A stretch of 64,000 nucleotides of DNA from Candidatus Sericytochromatia bacterium (lineage in GTDB: Bacteria > Cyanobacteriota > Sericytochromatia > S15B-MN24 > JAQBPE01): positions 5,970 through 69,969 of the forward strand of contig JBBAPZ010000002.1 of the NCBI GenBank assembly GCA_040400605.1, read 5' to 3'. Of this stretch, positions 63,206 through 64,000 are shown piece after piece. Positions within the stretch are counted from its first letter, which is position 1, and each line of letters begins with the position of its first letter. The translations under genes and the position numbers were made by a program. The notes beneath the pieces are model-generated. The model saw only the letters and a program-made list of their open reading frames with translations, was not told the origin of the DNA and made no database searches.

Positions 63206-64000
63206 TCATTCCGGCTTCACCAGGACCCGCATACGGTGGCCATGCTGGTGATCGATTGCGTGCCCTTCTGGCGCGATGAGCAGACGGGTGAACGCATCCG
63301 GCGTGCCCACAGGGAGCGACGTTGCGGGAGCGATGACCCGAACACGTGCGGCGAGGATCTGCCAGGGAGTCGGTTCACCCAGAAGCGTAACGGATTGCCC
63401 GACTGTCACCTGCGCGGCCTGCGCCTCTGGCATGTTCACCTCAACCCAGGCTGCAGTGGGTGGCTCAAGCCGAACGAGTGCCTGCGCCACACCCGCATAC
63501 TCACCTACCCGAATGAGGCCTTCCCGCACACGTCCCGCGACCGGTGCACGAAGGGTGCGGGCGCGGATGCGTCTATCGAGGGCGCGACTTTCAACTGTGG
63601 CTTGTGCAAGTGCCGCTTCGGCCTGCCGCATCGCCTTGACAGACGCTTCCGCGGTTCCGTCTTCCATTCGCTCACGCAAGCTGCGTTTGGCTGCTTGGAG
63701 ATCGATCGTCGCCGATTCAACCGCCAACGTCGCGATGCGCGCGTGGGTCCAGGCCTTTTCATATTCATCCCGCGCCACAGCCCCCTTATCCATCGCTTGC
63801 TTGAGTTCACGCGCATTGTCCTGTGCCTGCTTGGCTTTCAGGCCTGCCGCCCGATGGACAACGCTCAGGCGGTCCAGTTGCGTCTGCGCATCTGCGCACT
63901 TGCCTCGAAACTGCCGACGAACCTCGGCCAGTTGCGTTTGTGCGTGTTCGTATTCACGCAGGCGCAAGGCTTCTCGGGCGCGCTGGATGCTCCGTTCAGA
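63206..64000 (-). CDS. HlyD-family membrane-fusion/periplasmic adaptor protein (5' end beyond the window)
   Basis: Long coiled-coil hairpin, then RAPVAGRV..G..V and beta-barrel segments typical of HlyD/RND adaptors. The frame stays open to the window edge. Confidence 0.6.
   Translation of the reverse strand, partial: SERSIQRAREALRLREYEHAQTQLAEVRRQFRGKCADAQTQLDRLSVVHRAAGLKAKQAQDNARELKQAMDKGAVARDEYEKAWTHARIATLAVESATIDLQAAKRSLRERMEDGTAEASVKAMRQAEAALAQATVESRALDRRIRARTLRAPVAGRVREGLIRVGEYAGVAQALVRLEPPTAAWVEVNMPEAQAAQVTVGQSVTLLGEPTPWQILAARVRVIAPATSLPVGTPDAFTRLLIAPEGHAIDHQHGHRMRVLVKPE

Noticed and set aside
1-64000. Searched by eye for CRISPR arrays, IS elements with inverted repeats, integrases, tRNA and rRNA genes, and toxin-antitoxin pairs.
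   Set aside because: None was seen. There are no regularly spaced direct repeats and no transposase, integrase or recombinase motifs in any frame. No cloverleaf-like tRNA candidates appear in the larger intergenic gaps (8252-8574, 39347-39718, 47505-47883, 60470-60966). A tRNAscan/Infernal run would be the definitive check.

Overview
Chromosomal segment, roughly 55-60% GC by eye, tightly packed with about 65 supportable genes. The organism looks like a flagellated, outer-membrane-bearing bacterium. I found no rRNA, tRNA, CRISPR array, transposase, integrase or prophage signature.

Housekeeping genes: apbC, holA, uppS, cdaA, lysA, ribH, hslO, rpmB, coaX, lexA, argS, rlmH and rsmD.

Three motility or adhesion blocks are interspersed with them:
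(1) A fliJ plus FliK-like pair at 15.8-17.2 kb on the + strand.
(2) A roughly 13-kb minus-strand flagellar cluster at 24.5-37.5 kb. Its order is FliK-like, small ORF, flgF, flgG, flgA, flgH, flgI, rod-binding FlgJ-like, fliA, flgB, flgC, fliE, fliF, flhA, flagellin.
(3) A roughly 12-kb Tad/Flp pilus locus at 40.9-52.9 kb on the + strand. It holds a lipoprotein, three Flp pilins, the prepilin peptidase, three TadE/TadG-like pseudopilins, cpaB, the cpaC secretin, a fused cpaE-cpaF ATPase, tadB and tadC.

Most interesting observations:
- The in-frame TadZ/CpaE-TadA/CpaF fusion.
- A FliF with an extra C-terminal segment that resembles the FliG N-domain, with flhA rather than fliG downstream.
- An ATP-cone/NrdD-like protein with no visible glycyl-radical or zinc-ribbon C-terminus.
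- A hidden 54-aa Flp pilin gene below the ORF-track cutoff.
- G/C homopolymer tracts of 7-9 nt sitting in motility genes and in the flgB ribosome-binding site.
- A Cheo-type LexA box.
- Two similar sigma-28-like promoter candidates, one before flagellin and one before an Flp pilin.

All functional calls come from reading motifs in the supplied translations. No database search was run.
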